Made by a program: the position numbers and the translations under genes. Shown one piece after another: positions 23,056 to 37,062 of a DNA stretch of 64,000 nucleotides. The first letter of the stretch is position 1; every line of letters starts with the position of its first letter. Below the pieces are notes generated by a model that saw nothing but the letters and a program-made list of their open reading frames with translations, did not search any database and was not told the origin of the DNA. Source of the stretch: Selaginella moellendorffii (taxonomy: Eukaryota > Plantae > Lycopodiophyta); assembly GCF_000143415.4 (NCBI RefSeq), contig NW_003314268.1, forward strand, positions 2,558,494-2,622,493, in the 5' to 3' direction.

Positions 23056-26000
23056 CACTCCCACGTGTCATGTGTTGGTCCTTTTGGGTCCCTTTTTGGA
23101 GCCTCGCCTTTTGCTCGCTTCGTGCTCGTTCCTCGAGCACTTTGTTGGGAGTTCCACTCCCGCTCTTGACTTTTCAAGTCGGAGCTTTTGGTCCAAACGT
23201 GTTACGCTCGTTTGGCTCTCGCTTCGGCCACTACCATGTGGCGCCCTTCCGGCTCCACTTTGGGGCTTAGGGATTTTGTATCTCACAACTCCACCACCTA
23301 TAGACGAAGTTCGATGTCCTCATCGAACGGTGAACCATTTTATAAAGTAACACCCGCACGTGTTACCATTTCCATCCTTGACACGTAGCCAATATTTGTC
23401 AATGGTGTGACATTGAAGGCTCACCATGCCTTCTCCATATTCGTCAATGGTTGGACATTGAAGGCTCACCATGCCTTTTGCATATCCTCTAAGGAGGGTA
23501 GTCTTTCCAACTTAGAGATTGATTGGACCACATATAGTGGTTCTCTCCTTTTATTGGTTTAGTTCTCGCTAAACCTCTTAGAGACCCTTCTCTAAGTCAA
23601 TCCCACTACTCCTTCTCGAGTAGTCTTAATTTCCATCGATATAACCTTTGCACTTTGGAACTTTGAATTTTGACTTCTTGGAGTCAATTTCCTAGGTGTC
23701 TCCGACACCTTGCCTTGCACCTTTTGCACAACTCCACTTCCCATCCTAGGATGTTCTCTACTCGAGGGCACCATCATCCTCTCTTCTATTTCGTGCCAAA
23801 GTTCCAGTTATCATACTTTGTGCTAGGGCTGTTCATGGCCCTATCATTTGGCTACCTTACCGCTCCCTCCCTTGGAGCTTCCACTTTCGCCAAATCGGAG
23901 CATTTCGGAATCCCTATTTGGAAACACACTTCCTTTCCCGCAACTTGTTAGCGTCCAACACATTAGTGTTCCTCGCCTAACTTTGTCACTTGGATTCCTT
24001 CCAAGGGATTCCACGGCCCTATCTTGGCCACTCATCTTTTGCTCCTATCCGTTGATTGTTGCACCAAGCAACATCGAATCTCTACCTCGCTCCTTGAGGT
24101 ATTGTTTCGGTTCCATAGCAAAGACTCTTCTTTGCCAAGTCTGGAGGATGTTCACCCCTAGTACATCTCTTTAGCATCTTCTGCTATGGGCTCTATCCAC
24201 GGCCCAACTTCGTGACCCTCCTATGGGTCTTTTATAGAGACTACTTTCCTCGGACTCACTATGCCATCGCACGGACATAGTTTATTTCCCTTAGGTGCTC
24301 TTCCCACTTGGTCATCACGACCAAGCCACACCACCTTAAACAGTTCAATTTCAACATTTTGAACCAGGAACTTCATTCTTTAGCCAACCAAGGACCTTGT
24401 CCTTATCTGGCCATAAGATCACCTAGTGATCTCACCTTGGCACCTTAACAGAGTTGCCAAAAGGTACTTGGTCTTCTAGACCTCCATGTTGTTGACTATA
24501 ACCCCGGGGGCATCCCCCACACTTGGCGGTGCACCCAAGCCAGCCCTTACGGCCAAGGGTTCATAGCAACTGAGATTAGGTGTCCCCATCTCACTCACCA
24601 CGACCTTGGTGCTACTTGCACCAAAGCGTTCAAGTTAGATATGCTGAGCTTTCACACTAAGCAATCTAACCGTGCATCACGACTCCGAGGCATCCCTCGC
24701 TTGGCGGTGTGCCCAAACCAATCTCCCCACTGAGAGTCCATGACCACCGAAATATGAGTGTCCTCATATTCCAAACCATCACCACGCCCTAGTGATTTGG
24801 GACTCGAAACCAAGCACTAGAGGGTCGGGACTCGAACCCAACCTCCGTATATGCATCTACGGACGGCATCACACAAGATGCCTGGCGTGACACCCCACGC
24901 CGGTGCACCAACTTATTTTTAAAGCGCGCTACAGATCACAGCTTAGGAACCTAGTTCCTCCACACTGCCAAGTCCTCTCACTTGACATGTCTGTGATCAT
25001 GCATGGACTCCTCCATGCTCGGCCCCATGGCCCACCCTTTTTGAAGTTATCACCTTCAACTAGGGTATTTGTTCCCCCGACGTGCCAATCTCGCTTGGCA
25101 AGTCCTCCGACCACTGTAACATGGTTCCTGCATAAGCGTGAAAGCCCTTGACCATCGACTTTCGTTCAAAGCCCTCTCTTTGAACACTCGGGAACTACTT
25201 CCCTAACCTTGATAGCCTTGCCTCATGGCAAGCTTCAAGACCACGCTTCTGCTGCGCCACTCTGATTTCGCGCGTTTCATGAACCATTTACACTTGGCCT
25301 TTCTAGGTACTAAGCTACCTAGAATCGTCTTTGGGAACCTTGAAGGAACTCTGTCCCTCAGCTTGCTAAGGCCTCCCTTTTTGCAAGCCTTCCAAATGCC
25401 ACATAGTCTAACATGGACAATTCCATATTTTAGACTCTCTATGGCATCACGGTTGCTAGCGGCAACACCCTCGAGCCCCCACTTGATTCTCCACTCCCAG
25501 CTGGCATAACCAACCTTGGTTATGCCCTTTGATTTCTATGGTTCAGTTCCATCCCAATACTACTTGCCTTTTGGCCCCATATGTTTCCTTTGGTTATTCT
25601 CCTCCAGACCAGGAGGATAGCTTTGCACTTTCTATCATGCCTTAGCAAGTATTCTTAAGGATGAACCTACCCAATAGCCCAGGGAGTGGTTCCTCAATCC
25701 AGGTATGCTCACCTTATAATCCCACACACTGGGATTACATTGTTGCTTATGGGCCTTTACATGCCCATCACTAACCTTGCCAAAATTCCATTCTTGGCTT
25801 TGTCCAACTCGGGTAGACAGTCCTCTCCTGTCTCCGCAACCTTGGACATTTGGATAGCACCTTCTATCCATCATTCGCTAGGGATTTAGTCCCTTGGGCT
25901 TTATCCATTGCCCTCGCGACATCAAACACCACCTTCTGGTGTTCTAGAGTGTCCGGGTGTCCCAATAATGGCTTTCTTGACAATGAGTATTTCCTTTTAT

Positions 26001-28392
26001 GACATTGACTTACTATATCGCAACACAAGCAACTTATCCCCCGTAAGGGTATATCCAACTTCCCTATGCTATTAAGAAGTCTTGGGTAGCTACTTTCTAC
26101 ACGTTTAACTAGTTATATTGCACCTCTTGTTTAGTTGCCTCATAGTTGTCAAGTCCTACAACTCATTGCTTGGTGCTTTCACACCTCCATCATTATCTGG
26201 GTCACCACACTCCAACTGCATGCTCTGCAGCTTAGGCTATGCTATTCCCATTTCCATTGGGATTCCTTTGGCAAGGGGTTCTCATGAACCCACCAACATA
26301 GCCTCAAGGTATCACACCTTGGCACATTTGGTGTCTCCACACTATCGGCTCCACGAGCCTACCTCTATGACATTTCCCCTTCGTGTCTAAGTCTTTGCCA
26401 AGACCAACACCGCTCTTTCTCATGCCAACCATCCGTTAGCACTGCACCATAGAGGTCACACACAACTTTATGTCAAAGTTGTTTTCTTCTGGGAACACCT
26501 TTCCCATAACTTTAGCATGGCATATTTTGCCATCGATGAGATACCCTCTGTTCTCATCCTTGGATCCTATGATCCCCCCCCCCCCCATCCTTTGTGGGGT
26601 ACAACACACCTCAGTCCAAATGCTTCCATCAGTCCTTTTAGGACCATCCGTTGACTATACTTGAGTCATCCAGCAGTTTTGGACTTGGTTAATCCACAGA
26701 CCTGTAAGGTCCTACTTGTGAGGCACTAGCTCACTGGAATACACTTCTTGCATTCCTGTCCTACTCAAAAGGACTATTTTCACAAGTGTTACTCCGACAC
26801 TTGATTTTGTTCTCTGGGGGTAACCTTTGCCCCTTAGGACTACTTGTCCATGTGATGAGAACACCAACTCATCCACTTAATACACCCCCAACTCCTGGGG
26901 TTGTTCCAGCATTTATTAGAGGTAGCCCCGGCTACCTTTTCAAGGACTTGAGTCCTCTTCCGTATTTGACCTCCCACGGTCATTACTTCTGGTCTCACAT
27001 TCATGAGCACCAACCTCAACTATATGAGGAAAATCTTGTGACTCCTTTATTGCTTTGGAGTTTTTATCTTTCCCGTGATCCCAACTGTAGTTGTTTACCA
27101 CAACTACATTAGCTAGTTTGCTAAGTCAAACGCTCATCTGGATCACATCCTCAACTCTTTGAGGAAAACCATTTACTGTTCCCAAGATCCCAAAGTCGTT
27201 CCATTATTGGCCCTTTTCTATCCACCACCTCGTCTACAAGTTCACACATGAACTGTAATGGAGAGCCATGTCTTCCCGACTTGCTACTCCTCAAGGATAG
27301 GCCCACTCCTCAGACCTTCCGATGCCAACACTAGTGGTGATATACTTGAGCACCAATAAAAGTCGGACTAAGGAACAGCTCCGATACCAAGTTGTAAGCG
27401 ACTAAATTTTCCATTCTACTTTAGTCACTTAACCACACCTTCGACCACTTGGAGGAGTCTCATTCACAACCTCCATAAGTCCAATTTAGGACTTGGGACT
27501 TGCTAGCCCCCGGAATGGCATCCATGCCACTCAACACTGGCACCTGGTCCAAGTGCTCCACGTGTCCGATCCCATGATCGACACTCAAAGGTACCACCGA
27601 TATGGCAGCCCGTTACGCTAAGGCCATGCCCAATCACCTTTGCCACACTGTAGTCCAATACCACTTGCATCACAGTCTTGGCTCTCCAAGACTGGGCCAA
27701 CCATCCGTGAGTGGTCATCTCAGATCCACTCCTTAGCATCCTTAGGATGCCCACCGACACGGGGAACAGCCTTCCCCAATGTCCCTCTGTCAGTCCCCTC
27801 TAAGTCCCTTTCTGCCCCTGGCCGTGTTTGCCAACACTGCCACTGGATCGAGGCCCACAGGCCCGACCACTAAGTCCCACGGTCCTCTGGAACTTCCTCA
27901 CCACACGACTGTGTCCTTGGTCACTACCCCAGAGGACTACTCCTCTTCCTTTCCACAGTCTGGGCCTTTGGGACAACATTTCGGAACACCGTGGCCTTAC
28001 GCGAGCCACCTGGGTACTCTCCCCGCCTTCTGCCCTTGGGTGCTCTAGCCATGGGCTTAGAGCGAGGTTCCGTTGAGCCACACCTGGTATCCAAGTAGGT
28101 AGTGCCACCCACACTTGGACTGGGAGCATCGGCCAGTCGATCTCCTGGGGGAACTAGAGCCGGCTCTTGAACACTTCACCAAGCTACCCCGCTTGTCGGT
28201 CCGTGTTCACTCTAGTCTTGGACTTCCCAGTGGGCAACTCATCACCCAACACTGGGTCCGGCCTTCCTGGGCCAAACTGGCTTTTCCTAGCCAAACTGGC
28301 TCCACTGCAGTCCTCCCCCTACTATACTTTTGGAGCTCACCAAACCCCCCAGGGTCTGGGAGACGAACGCTTTGGGCTTTCACCCTCTCAGG

Positions 28393-28506
28393 CTCCGGAC
28401 TTGGACTCGGACTCGGACTCGGACTCGGACTCGGACTCGGATTCGGACTCGGACTCGAGCTCGGGCTCGGTCTCGGCCTCGGCCTCGGTCTCGGTCTCGG
28501 TCCCGA

Positions 28507-28538
<32 letters not shown>

Positions 28539-28900
28539 CCGGTCTCGGTCTCAACTTTGGACTCCATCTTGGACTCCATCTCGGACTCCATCTCGGACTC
28601 CATCTCGGGTCCATCTCAGGTCCATCTCGGGTCCATCTCGGACTCCATCTGGGGTCCATCTCGGACTCCATTTCGGGTCCCATCTCGGGTCCACCTCGGA
28701 CTCCATCTCGGACTCCATCTCGGACTCCATCTCGGGTCCATCTCGGACTCCACTTCGGACTCCAACTCGGGTCCACCTCGGACTCCACTTCGGACTCCAA
28801 CTCGGGTCCATCTCGGACTCCACTTCGGACTCCAACTCGGGTCCATCTCGGACTCCACTTCGGACTCCACTTCGGACTCCAACTCGAGTCCATCTCGGAC
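28393..28900. repeat. Same satellite in the second LTR of element A
   Basis: Same units, with copy-number differences. Confidence 0.95.
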
Positions 28901-31900
28901 ACTCCCACGTGTCATGTGTTGGTCCTTTTGGGTCCCTTTTTGGAGCCTCGCCTTTTGCTCGCTTCGTGCTCATTCCTCGAGCACTTTGTTGGGAGTTCCA
29001 CTCCCGCTCTTGACTTTTCAAGTCGGAGCTTTTGGTCCAAACGTGTTATGCTCGTTTGGCTCTCGCTTCGGCCACTACCATGTGGCGCCCTTCCGGCTCC
29101 ACTTTGGGGCCTAGGGATTTTGTATCTCACACCATCATAATTTTGATGAGGTGCCATAGCTAGATAAGTCAGGGGATATGACACTTGCAAAAAATTCCTG
29201 ATTCAAAGATTGTCCAAGTGAAAGGCCAAAAAGATCCACCACTTGATCAATCATAGTATGACAAACATCAAGAAAGCCACCTCCAGCAAGTAGCCCTCCT
29301 CACTTGTAAGGCCTAACACTTGAGCAATAGGAGCTTTAGCCCGAGCTTCCACATTCTCTCGACTAGCAATAGTCAAGCATGGGAGGAGCTTTACTAAAGT
29401 TGCCTTACTTTTACCATGATGACAACAAAGACAAACAACAAAGGATGGAAGGTGAGGATAAAGTGGCTAATTGTAGTGCATGTGGTTTTGACCCTTTATC
29501 CTATGGTGATTTACCATAGGCTAACACCACGAAGCAGAACTTAAACCCTCCATGTGCCACGTGTTATATGCCACGTGTCCAAAGGACAGTGGTGTGGAAC
29601 CCGAGGTTCAAGGCCTTGGGCCACTGAACAAAAGAACAGTGCCAAACTCCCAAGCATGGAGCCAAGGAGTGACAGAACCGAACCACGAAGCAACTCTCGA
29701 ACATAGAGCCCAAGGAGCGAAGGGATAGGAGCCCGGAGCGACTTGGAACAGTCCTGGAGCAACCAACATCCCAATGCCAAGACTAGCACGCAAAATGGAG
29801 CCAAATGGAGTCTGGCACTATTTCAGCATACCGGTGGCTTAACGTGAGGATATGGATACTCCACTAGCTAGCATGGAATGGAACTTGGATTAGACCCAAA
29901 CCAGACGCAAAACAAGGACAAGAATGCAAGCGAGAGCTAGACTATGCCTCAGGTTGGTCGACCATGCCCGACCTACCCACTATCCCTAATATACATTTGA
30001 AACCCCCCACAACCCCCCCCCCCCCCTGAAGAACACATGCTTTGGGCTTTCAACCCAAGCCTCCCACTCGCGACACTCTCCCCCCCTAGCGAAGATCGAC
30101 GTCCTCGTCAATGCATACTCACAGTACTCACATTATGTGAGAAATGCACCAACTTAAATGAGTTAGGGTAACCTCTTTGTCTAACGCGGATGCGCTATTA
30201 ACTCAGACACCTTCCGACCGTCACCAACAAGGAAATGACTAATGGAGTTAGCCACCCTTGCTGCTCTAGGAGTCACCCAGCTTACAAAAGTGTGATACAC
30301 CTCTGCCCACAAGGACATAAAGAGAGAAGCCAGAGGCCCCAACCCTCATGAGCAAAGAAACCAAACCCATCAGTAAGATTTAGATAGACTATTGTAAACA
30401 GGCAGTTAGAGTTGTTTACACGGTCACGCCCTTTCAACGGAATAAGGAATATCGACAGAGAGGTGGGTTATGTGACCAGTTGACAGTAGCCACCCCATGA
30501 CTAAAGATTTCACCATGCACACGAAGTGCCGAAGCCAATTTGCCTATACTGGAACAAACTTCAAAGATCAATATATGGACTATATCAAAGTTATAGACAA
30601 TGATATCTTAGAGTCGTAATTATCAATGAATAAATCTTATATTAGAACACAAAGTATTCTAAATAAGTTATCATCCGATAAACTAGTATTAGAATAGATA
30701 GGAACCACCAAGATTACTATCATGGGAAAATATAGGATTCACCATCCAACAAAATTCAATAGCAAGTATATCATTAAGTACACTCAATGAGAAAACTTAA
30801 CTATCGAAGATTGTAGATAGTATGCTAAACAACTTACGAAAGATAACTCAAAGAACACTAAGTATCATTAACTGGAGAGCAAAATACTTGCGAATGTATC
30901 ACCCGAAGGAAATAACATCATAATCTATCAGAACTAACTCGAGTAACAATCAACAGAACAGAATGAATGTGGCAAGACTAACAAACACTTATTCATGCCA
31001 ACTATCACACTAGCCAATCCGAATAAATCCCAACCAACAACACCAAGGAACTTAAGTTGCCTAAGTAAGTGTCAGTAACATCCTACTAATGTCTCAAACT
31101 CAAAAGACCAATCCAGAGCAAACCATAAAGAACATGTGGTATTGCAAAAAGCCAAAAGCTATCAAAGAGAACAACTAACTATCATGAAAGATCATCAATC
31201 ATCCCATCAATAAAGAGATGCATAATCATCGTCTAAGAAGGAATCCACCATCCCGAAGAACGGCAAATCATTCTATACCAACAATAATCAAGCAAAACCT
31301 TTTTAACAAGGATAATCAATTATCCTAAATGATAGTCAATCATCACCAATGATTGCTAGATGAAAATACTAACTTTAATATTGAAGCTAGGAGTCAAAAA
31401 TGCCTTCCCTAACAACTCCTAGCAAATGGAGCAATAAGCATAAAAACTCAAGGAACCAAAAGCTCGAAGAAGCTTATAGTTAAGTTTTTGTCTATAATGA
31501 TCACAAATCTTGCATGAACTAACTTCAATGCTAAAGAAGAAATCATGGACAACCTATAATATCCTCCTCAACACATCCATAAGCTAAACTTCATAATGCC
31601 AAAGCTAATGAAGAGCATTTCTGCATCAATCCAAAAGCTAAGCATAATAAAGTTATGCTCAACAAGTGATCACCAAACGATCCTCCATGAATCCATCTAT
31701 AACAAGACGTAAGTCACTTCATAACAAGCACAAGAAGAATCATCAATAATCAATATATTCCAATTCAAATCCAATAAGGATTCAAACATTCGAACATCGA
31801 TCACTAACTCTTCCACTTGTAGAGTTAACATAGTCCATGATTAAACACTTTTCAAAGAAAAGCTCAAAGCTCAACCTCTACTAAATAATTTCGTCTAGAA

Positions 31901-33194
31901 CACAACTAACTCAAACTTGCCACTCAGTTCATTTGAACGTCAATACAGTTGTTAACTAGCAAATGCACAAATACCGACAATATAAAGCTAAAGCCAAATC
32001 ATCAACTCTATGTTTATCGAGACTAATGAAACTCAATATCAATCCTACAGAGAAACATCTCATTTCACTCACGCAAAGTGATCAATAAATCAGCCATTGG
32101 AAAAGTCTAAGAAAATTTGTGGAAAATTTCCATCCTAGAGAAAGAATGACTCACAGTCTAGGATTGCAAACATTCAAGACTCAACTAACTCCCTCCTATA
32201 AATAACTTCACATAAATTCACCTCAACACAAATTCTCATGATTCAACAATATGTTTAAGCATCGAACATCTTTTTACCGGGCTAAGTATGCTTAGCTAAT
32301 AACACGTAGGAATTCCGTCCTTATGCTCGTCTGGTCTAAGTACACTCAAAATACCTGCCCATATAACCGAAACCCAACACCAACATCTGCAAAATGCAAA
32401 GTGAACACCCAAGGCTTGATCACGAAGACCATATTTCCAGATATCCACATTGCACTAACACTCTTCTTCAACCATCTTCAAGATCCAATGTGAAGCCTAA
32501 ACACTAACAAGAAAAATGACATGGAAAATCAAGATCTAAGGAGAATTCTTCACCACTCGAAATAACAATGCCACCTTCACTAACACCAAGTGCTAGTAAT
32601 ATCAATGCTTCAACTATACACCTTCTCCATCCAACAATCTACTCCAAGTGCTAACGGATCAACTGATGAGTTATAGCAAATGAATGCTAAAACCCTTTTT
32701 CTAACACTTTATAGACAAACCCTCAAGAACAAGGAACTAACTTAAGCTTAGCATAATGGACCACCATCGAGAATCCAGTCAAAGTTACTACAATGCTACT
32801 ATATGCAAGTAGACTAGATTCACCATCAACCACTTTGGGGTTGATCATCATTTAACCAAGCAACTTCGTAAACACATTACTCATTATCACATGGACATGA
32901 TATAAGAATCACAATGTCTTGATCATCCATTGAGCAACACTACAAGCAATGCCCATGTTATTACTTTAAATGTTTATGTGAATATCAAGTGCTAACTCAA
33001 TTTGACAAAATGCAACATAAATGCCACACTCCACCAATAGAGATTTACAACACCTAACAACACTAACTTTTGTTCACAATACAGACAAACTCATGTCACT
33101 CTCTTTACGACCAAACTCAACACTAATCCAACACCAAGTTACTCAAGGAGCAATAGCAAAGTTCCCCGGAAAAGAATTAAGCATTGTAACCCAA

Positions 33195-34998
33195 TGTAGG
33201 CGACTAATTTTTCCATTCTACTTTAGTCACTTAACCACACCTCCGACCACTTGGAGGAGTCTCATTCACAACCTCCATAAGTCCCATTCAAGACTTGGGG
33301 CTTGCTAGCCTCGAGAATGGCATCCATGCCACTCAACCTTTGCACTTGGCCCAAGTGCTCCACGTGTCCGATCCCATGACCGACACCCAAAGGTACCACT
33401 GACATCTCGGCCCGTTACGCTAAGGCCATGCCCATTCACCTTTGCTGCGCAAATGGTCCAATACCACTTGCATCACCATCCCGTCTCTCCAAGACTGGGC
33501 CATCTGTCTACGAGGGGTCATCCTAGATCCACTCCTTAGCATCCTTAGGATGCCCACAGACCTGGGGAATCGCCTTCCCCAAAGTCCCTTTGTCAGTTCC
33601 TACCAAGTCCCTTTCTGCCCCTGGCCGTGTTTGCCAACACCGCCACTGGATCGAGGCCCACAGGCCCGACCACTAAGTCCCACGGTCCTCTGGAACTTCC
33701 TCACCACACGACTGTGTCGTTGGTCACTACCCCAGAGGACTGCTCCTCTTCCTTTCCACAGTCTGGGCCTTTGGGACAACATTTCGGAACACCGTGGCCT
33801 TACGCGAGCCACCTGGGTACTCTCCCCACCTATCGCCTTTAGGTGCTCTAGCCATGGGCTTAGAGCGAGGTTCCGTTGAGCCACGCCTGGTATCCAAGTA
33901 GGTAGTGCCACCCCCACTTGGACTGGGAGCATCGGCCAGTCGATCTCCCGGGGGAACTAGAGCCGGCTCTTGAACACTTCACCAAGCTACCCTGCTTGTC
34001 GGTCCGTATTCACTCTAGTCTTGGACTTCCCAGTGGTCAGTTCATCACCCAACACTGGGTCTGGCCTTCCTGGGCCAAACTGGNNNNNNNNNNNNNNNNN
34101 NNNNNNNNNNNNNNNNNNNNNNNNNNNNNNNNNNNNNNNNNNNNNNNNNNNNNNNNNNNNNNNNNNNNNNNNNNNNNNNNNNNNNNNNNNNNNNNNNNNN
34201 NNNNNNNNNNNNNNNNNNNNNNNNNNNNNNNNNNNNNNNNNNNNNNNNNNNNNNNGCCTCGGCCTCGGTCCCGATCTCGGTCTCGGTCTCGGTCTCGGTC
34301 CCGGTCTCGGTCCCGGTCTCGGTCCCGGTCTCGGTCTCGACGTTCGGACTCCATCTCGGACTCCATCTCGGACTCCATCTCGGGTCCATCTCGGGTCCAT
34401 CTCGGACTCCATCTCGGACTCCATCTCGGACTCCATCTCGGGTCCATCTCGGACTCCATCTCGGGTCCATCTCGGACTCCATCTCGGACTCCATTTCGGG
34501 TCCATCTCGGGTCCACCTCGGACTCCATCTCGGACTCCATCTCAGACTCCATCTCGGGTCCATCTCGGACTCCACTTTGGACTCCAACTCGGGTCCATCT
34601 CGGGTCCACCTCGGACTCCACTTCGGACTCCATCTCGGACTCCATCTCGGGTCCATCTCGGACTCCACTTCGGACTCCAACTCGGGTCCATCTCGGACTC
34701 CACTTCGGACTCCAACTCGGGTCCATCTCGGGTCCACCTCGGACTCCACTTCGGACTCCATCTCGGACTCTCCCACGTGTCATTGTTGGTCCTTTTAGGT
34801 CCCTTTTTGGAGCCTCGCCTTTTGCTCGCTTCGTGCTCGTTCCTCGAGCACTTCGTTGGGAGTTCCACTCCCGCTCTTGACTTTTCAAGTCAGAGCTTTT
34901 GGTCCAAATGTGTTACGCTCGTTTGGCTCTCGCTTCGGCCACTACCATGTGGCGCCCTTCCGGCTCCACTTTGGGGCCTAGGGATTTTGTGCTTTACA
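33195..34998 (-). mobile_element. Element D: solo LTR of the A family nested in C
   Basis: TG...CA termini, TSD CCCAA (33190-33194 / 34999-35003), collinear with the A LTRs. Confidence 0.93.
34084..34255. other. Assembly gap (172 N)
   Basis: Run of N adjacent to the LTR satellite. Confidence 1.
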
Positions 34999-37062
34999 CC
35001 CAAGTCTTCCAATAGCAAGCCTAGACAAAATGGTATAACACTTCACCGCTATCCATCCCACAACTCACCATTGTAAGACTATCATTTCCAACATGCATCA
35101 AGATAGGGACTCTTGTTTGCATGATGTGAACACGAGCAATGAGTTAACACCTCGTTGCAAATCATCTCTCCAAGAGGAAAAAATAATTTACGTGTTTGAT
35201 CCTTTGTCCCTGACGACTCTCTTTCCGGCCTCATCTTGACTAAACCTCAAACTTGCGTTTGCACTACCTTCAGTTTAATCCATAAAAAGTTTATGAAAGA
35301 GCACAGCAATGATTACTTGAATCAATAGACCAATCCCCACAGTCTTGATTGATTCACCCATAATCATGCCTAGGAAGGATCCACTAGTGCCATGCTAAAT
35401 AGCTATGGTTTGCCACTCATAACAAAGCTAGGGAAGGTTGACTTTGGTATATGGAACAATTCATGGAACCACCGATAGGCTAACATTAATCTTGCCAACT
35501 CAAAGTGTAACCTTGAGTTGCTAATGTGCCTCACTCACGAGCCTAAGCAAAAACTCGTGCAAACAGAACACCTCAATTCATCTTATGAGCTCAAGAGCAA
35601 GCTCACATTATCACGGTACAAAAAGGTAACAAAAACCATACCCAAGGAACAACTGCGAAGTTTTTGCACCTAAACGTGTAGCCACTCGGATCATCGTTTT
35701 CATCTCTACGTATGCAACAAGACTAATTGCCCAATCTCATTGGATAGTACTCGCCGAGACACATTCTTTGATACCAAATGTAGCGCACATAGTTTTGACC
35801 CTTTATCCTATGGTGATTTACCATAGGATAACACCACGAAGTGGAACTTAAACCCTCCATGTGCCACGTGTCATATGCCACATGTCCAAAGGACAGTGGT
35901 GTGGAACCTGAGGTTCAGGGCCCTGGGCCACTGAATGAAGGAACGGTGCCAAACTCCCAAGCATGGAGCCAAGGAGTGATGGAACCGAACCACGAAGCAA
36001 CTCTCAAGCATAGAGCCCAAGGAGCGAAGGGATAGGAGCCCGGAGCGACTTGGAATAGTCCTGGAGCAACCAGCATCCCAATGCCAAGACCAGCACGCAA
36101 AACGGAGCCAAACAAAGTCTGGTGCTATTTCGGCATACCGGTGGCCTAACGTGAGGATATGGGTACTCCACCAGCTAGCATGGAATGGAACTTGGGCTTA
36201 GACCCAAGCCGGACGCAGAACAAAGATAGGCACGCAAGTGGGAGCTAGACTATGCCTCAGGTTGGTCGGCCATGCTCGACATCCCTACTATACATTTGGA
36301 ACCCCCCAAAACCCCCCCCCCCCCCCCCCCCCCCCACCCCCCTTGAGGAACACATGCTTTGGGCTTTCACCCCAAGCCTCCCTTAGTATCAAGAGTTAGT
36401 CTCTAGGATAAGCTTGAAACTTACTAAATATGGAATGACACTAGATTACGAATTTGGACACGGGACGCACACCATTGTGTTCAAGCCAATCTCTATATTC
36501 CGTAGATATACCAAATGAGCAAATCTAGACACTTTCCATAAATAGCATTTGGCACTGAAATGATGATAGCAAGGGTGTTTGGCAAACATGGTAAGCTATC
36601 ATCCAGCGATATTGAGGGACTAATCTCAATATGCGAGGGTTCTTGTCACTATCCAATGGAAGACATAACGAGACGGGAACTCTTTACCGGGCTAAGTATG
36701 CTTAGTTAATAACACATAGGAGTTCCATCTTTATGCTCGTTTGGTCTAAGTACACTTGAAATGCCCAACTCCACTAGCACAAGAGGGACTGATAAAGGGT
36801 TCAGCAATACCGACCTCCTGCCGTCATGGCAGTAAGGTAAGAGTGTTTATAAGGATTGGTCGACAGGTAACTTTCGATACCCGAAGTCACATTTGCGACA
36901 CTAATGACCTTGCTCTTGCACTAGTCAAGTGCATGGATAGCAGTAAAAAGCCTAAGTGACCAGCAATCACCTTGAGGTCTTTAGCTCAAGTGCTCAATGA
37001 CATGGGCTCCTTTGTGGCAAGCAAGGCAGCAATAGAGATCTCTATCAAGAAGTAGTTCATTA

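Larger units (their letters stand above)
21544..29131 (-). mobile_element. Element A: complete non-autonomous LTR retrotransposon (7.6 kb)
   Basis: LTRs 21544-23287 and 27393-29131 (TG...CA) with TSD CCATC. Met-tRNA PBS at 27378-27389 (minus TGGTATCGGAGC) and PPT ~23288-23300. The 4.1-kb interior shows only decayed gag/protease-like traces. Confidence 0.95.
29472..36900 (-). mobile_element. Element C: older non-autonomous LTR retrotransposon
   Basis: LTRs 29472-30075 and 35779-36900 with TSD CTAAT (29467-29471 / 36901-36905). PBS at 35766-35776 (minus TGGTATCAAAG) and PPT 30076-30087. Decayed zinc-knuckle trace near 32420-32455. Confidence 0.9.

Noticed and set aside
22266-23350. Long ORFs in many frames (also 28115-29190 and 33918-35076)
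   Set aside because: They arise from the stop-free LTR satellite and, at 34 kb, from Ns. No domain evidence.
24820-24850. tRNA B-box-like motif in the element A interior
   Set aside because: No cloverleaf can be formed.
32273-32346. Hammerhead ribozyme
   Set aside because: The minus strand reads CAGACGA, not CUGANGA, and lacks a GAAA core with the required stems.
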